Positions 26,875 to 28,424 of a DNA stretch of 28,424 nucleotides are shown one piece after another. Made by a program: the position numbers and the translations under genes. How positions within the stretch are numbered: the first letter of the stretch is position 1; each line of letters begins with the position of its first letter. The DNA is from an uncultured Gammaproteobacteria bacterium (GTDB taxonomy: Bacteria > Patescibacteriota > Microgenomatia > Daviesbacterales > UBA10151): NCBI GenBank assembly GCA_964560075.1, contig CAZLKE010000007.1, forward strand, positions 474-28,897. The letters run 5' to 3'. Under the pieces are notes generated by a model. That model saw nothing but the letters and a program-made list of their open reading frames with translations, was not told the origin of the DNA and did not search any database.

Positions 26875-26948
26875 GCGGGATTAGTATAGTGGTAATACGT
26901 CACCTTCCCAAGGTGAAGTCGCCAGTCCGATTCTGGTATCCCGCTCCA
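26875..26948 (+). tRNA. tRNA-Gly (anticodon CCC)
   Basis: GCGGGAT-TA-GTAT/ATAC-G-TCACC TTCCCAA GGTGA-AGTC-GCCAG TCCGATT CTGGT-ATCCCGC-T-CCA. Confidence 0.93.
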
Positions 26949-27004
26949 ATCAACAGTTATCTACAGAAAATGACAGTAAAGTTACAATAATGTATACTAA
27001 ATTC

Positions 27005-27613
27005 ATGAGTCAAAAAGGATTCTCGCAAATAATCTTTGTAATTCTGGCAATTTTAGTAACAGGTTTTGCTGGTTATTTTCTTTTAGTCAATAAGCAAACC
27101 ATCATGCCTTCTAATCCACCTATAGATACTATACCTAATTATTTCGAAACCCAATATAGCTGAGGTGCTTGTCATGCAGAATGGGGTAAGAATGACCTAA
27201 AGATAAACAAAGATGGAAATGCTGAGTTAGAATTGTCACAAGGTGTTTTTAATGAAAGTAAAAGATATACTTTTACTCCACGAGAAGTTTCAGAAGTTTA
27301 TGAAATGTTTACTAGAAATAACTTTTTCTCATTAAATCAGGAATACCGAAGTGACGTTGTAGATGGAAATTGTTCTACTTTAACCCTAACAGCTTAAGAC
27401 AAAAAGCATAAAGTATCTATGAATAATAATACTCCAGGTCAGGTCACTAAAATTACCGAAAAAATAATGGAAATCGCAGAATCAAAAGATATTAATTATA
27501 ATAAGATCAACAAAAAACCAATTTGTGATGAAGCAAAAACTTCTTGTGTTTCTGGAAAAGAATATAAAGGAGCATCTTGTGATTTTTGGAATAGATCGTG
27601 TGAGAGCATCTAA
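27005..27613 (+). pseudogene. secreted/membrane-anchored protein gene broken by two in-frame stops
   Basis: One frame from ATG 27005 (MSQKGF + hydrophobic helix) to TAA 27613, with TGA at 27161 and TAA at 27395. Promoter ATGACA-17-TATACT lies 6 nt upstream. Confidence 0.75.
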
Positions 27614-27766
27614 GAATACGCATTAAACCGATTCCTGTAGCCAAGACGGTCAATGCCGACATACGCTCCTTAATAATAGGTACTTTCATCCCAAGGATCA
27701 TTCGGTGTATACACTATAGCAAAAACTCTCATGATTATCCGCTTCAAAATCTGCTAATATAATGAT

Positions 27767-28424
27767 GTGACAAAAATATCCAAAATTGCCATCTTTGAGG
27801 GTAAAAGAATTCGACGCCTCTGGAACGATAAAGAAGAGAAATGGTATTTTTCGGTGGTAGATGTAGTTGAAGTCCTGGCACAAACGGCAAGACCGAGAAA
27901 ATACTGGGATGATTTGAAAAGAAAACTCAAGAGAGAAGGAAGTGAGTTGTCCGAAAAAATCGGACAACTGAAAATGCAGGCTGCTGATGGAAAATTTTAT
28001 TTGACAGATGCAGCAGATACTGAAGTCATGTTGCGTATCATTCAATCTGTTCCATCCCCCAATGCTGAACCTTTTAAGCTATGGTTAGCTCGAGTTGGAT
28101 ATGAACGCATTGAAGAAACACACGATCCTGAACTGGCAATTAACCGTGCCTTACAAACTTATCTTCGAAAAGGTTACAGTAAAAACTGGATTAACCAACG
28201 CTTAAAAAGTATTGAGATACGAAAAGCCTTAACAGATGAATGGGAGAATCGAGGAATGAAAGAGACCAGCGAATTTGCTATTTTAACAGATGATATTACT
28301 ATTGCTTGGACAGGAATGACCACAAAGCAGTATAAAAACTTCAAAGGACTCAAGAAGGAAAACTTACGGGATAATATGACAAATCTGGAGTTGGTGCTTA
28401 ATATGTTGGCAGAAACGGCTACCA
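27767..28424 (+). CDS. Bro-N domain (phage antirepressor-like) protein, runs off window end
   Basis: Manual translation: IAIFEGKRIRRLW...WYFSVVDVV.VL...PRKYW.DLK.KL..EGSELSEKIGQLKM.AADGK.YLTD.A...LRIIQSVPSPNAEPFKLWLA. First available start is GTG 27767 (uncertain). Not in the ORF track. Confidence 0.88.
   Translation, partial: MTKISKIAIFEGKRIRRLWNDKEEKWYFSVVDVVEVLAQTARPRKYWDDLKRKLKREGSELSEKIGQLKMQAADGKFYLTDAADTEVMLRIIQSVPSPNAEPFKLWLARVGYERIEETHDPELAINRALQTYLRKGYSKNWINQRLKSIEIRKALTDEWENRGMKETSEFAILTDDITIAWTGMTTKQYKNFKGLKKENLRDNMTNLELVLNMLAETAT

Noticed and set aside
27161-27163. TGA read-through or genetic code 25 (TGA=Gly fits YS*GAC)
   Set aside because: The same frame has an internal TAA, and gatA and gatC end in TGA at their expected termini.
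27507-28045. Minus-strand ORFs 27507-27701 and 27698-28045
   Set aside because: Antisense shadows of the pseudogene 3' end and of the Bro-N gene, with no family motifs.
1-28424. CRISPR array, rRNA, tmRNA/RNase P/SRP, IS transposase or integrase
   Set aside because: No regularly spaced repeat-spacer run and no recognisable motifs; the repeats seen are dispersed or paired only.

Overview
AT-rich bacterial chromosomal window in standard genetic code 11 (TGA is used as a stop in gatA and gatC). Gene content and small GC-rich palindromes suggest a Patescibacteria/CPR (Microgenomates-like) genome; this is inference. Core genes are rnhB-rplS-dnaE, polX-lemA-htpX-gatC-gatA-gatB and galE. There are four tRNAs (Lys-TTT, Glu-TTC, Asp-GTC, Gly-CCC), three ABC-transporter genes, a GT4 fusion, a HAD hydrolase, an alpha/beta hydrolase, a ceramidase-like protein, a 2xLysM protein, a Bro-N protein, several ORFans and three pseudogenes. 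The most unusual signal is a set of small palindromic elements. (i) Three of the four tRNAs show promoter -> truncated tRNA 5' end -> palindrome-rich spacer -> intact tRNA, and at tRNA-Lys the spacer encodes a small GIY-YIG nuclease behind two inverted 30-nt hairpin units. (ii) Related hairpins sit alone in an intergenic region and over the tRNA-Asp 3' end. (iii) A 79-nt palindromic element is read in frame inside gatA. (iv) A dispersed 23-27-nt repeat supplies the C-terminus of RNase HII. Together these suggest a tRNA-targeting, GIY-YIG-associated REP/RPE-like mobile system (hypothesis). No CRISPR array, rRNA, integrase or IS transposase was seen.
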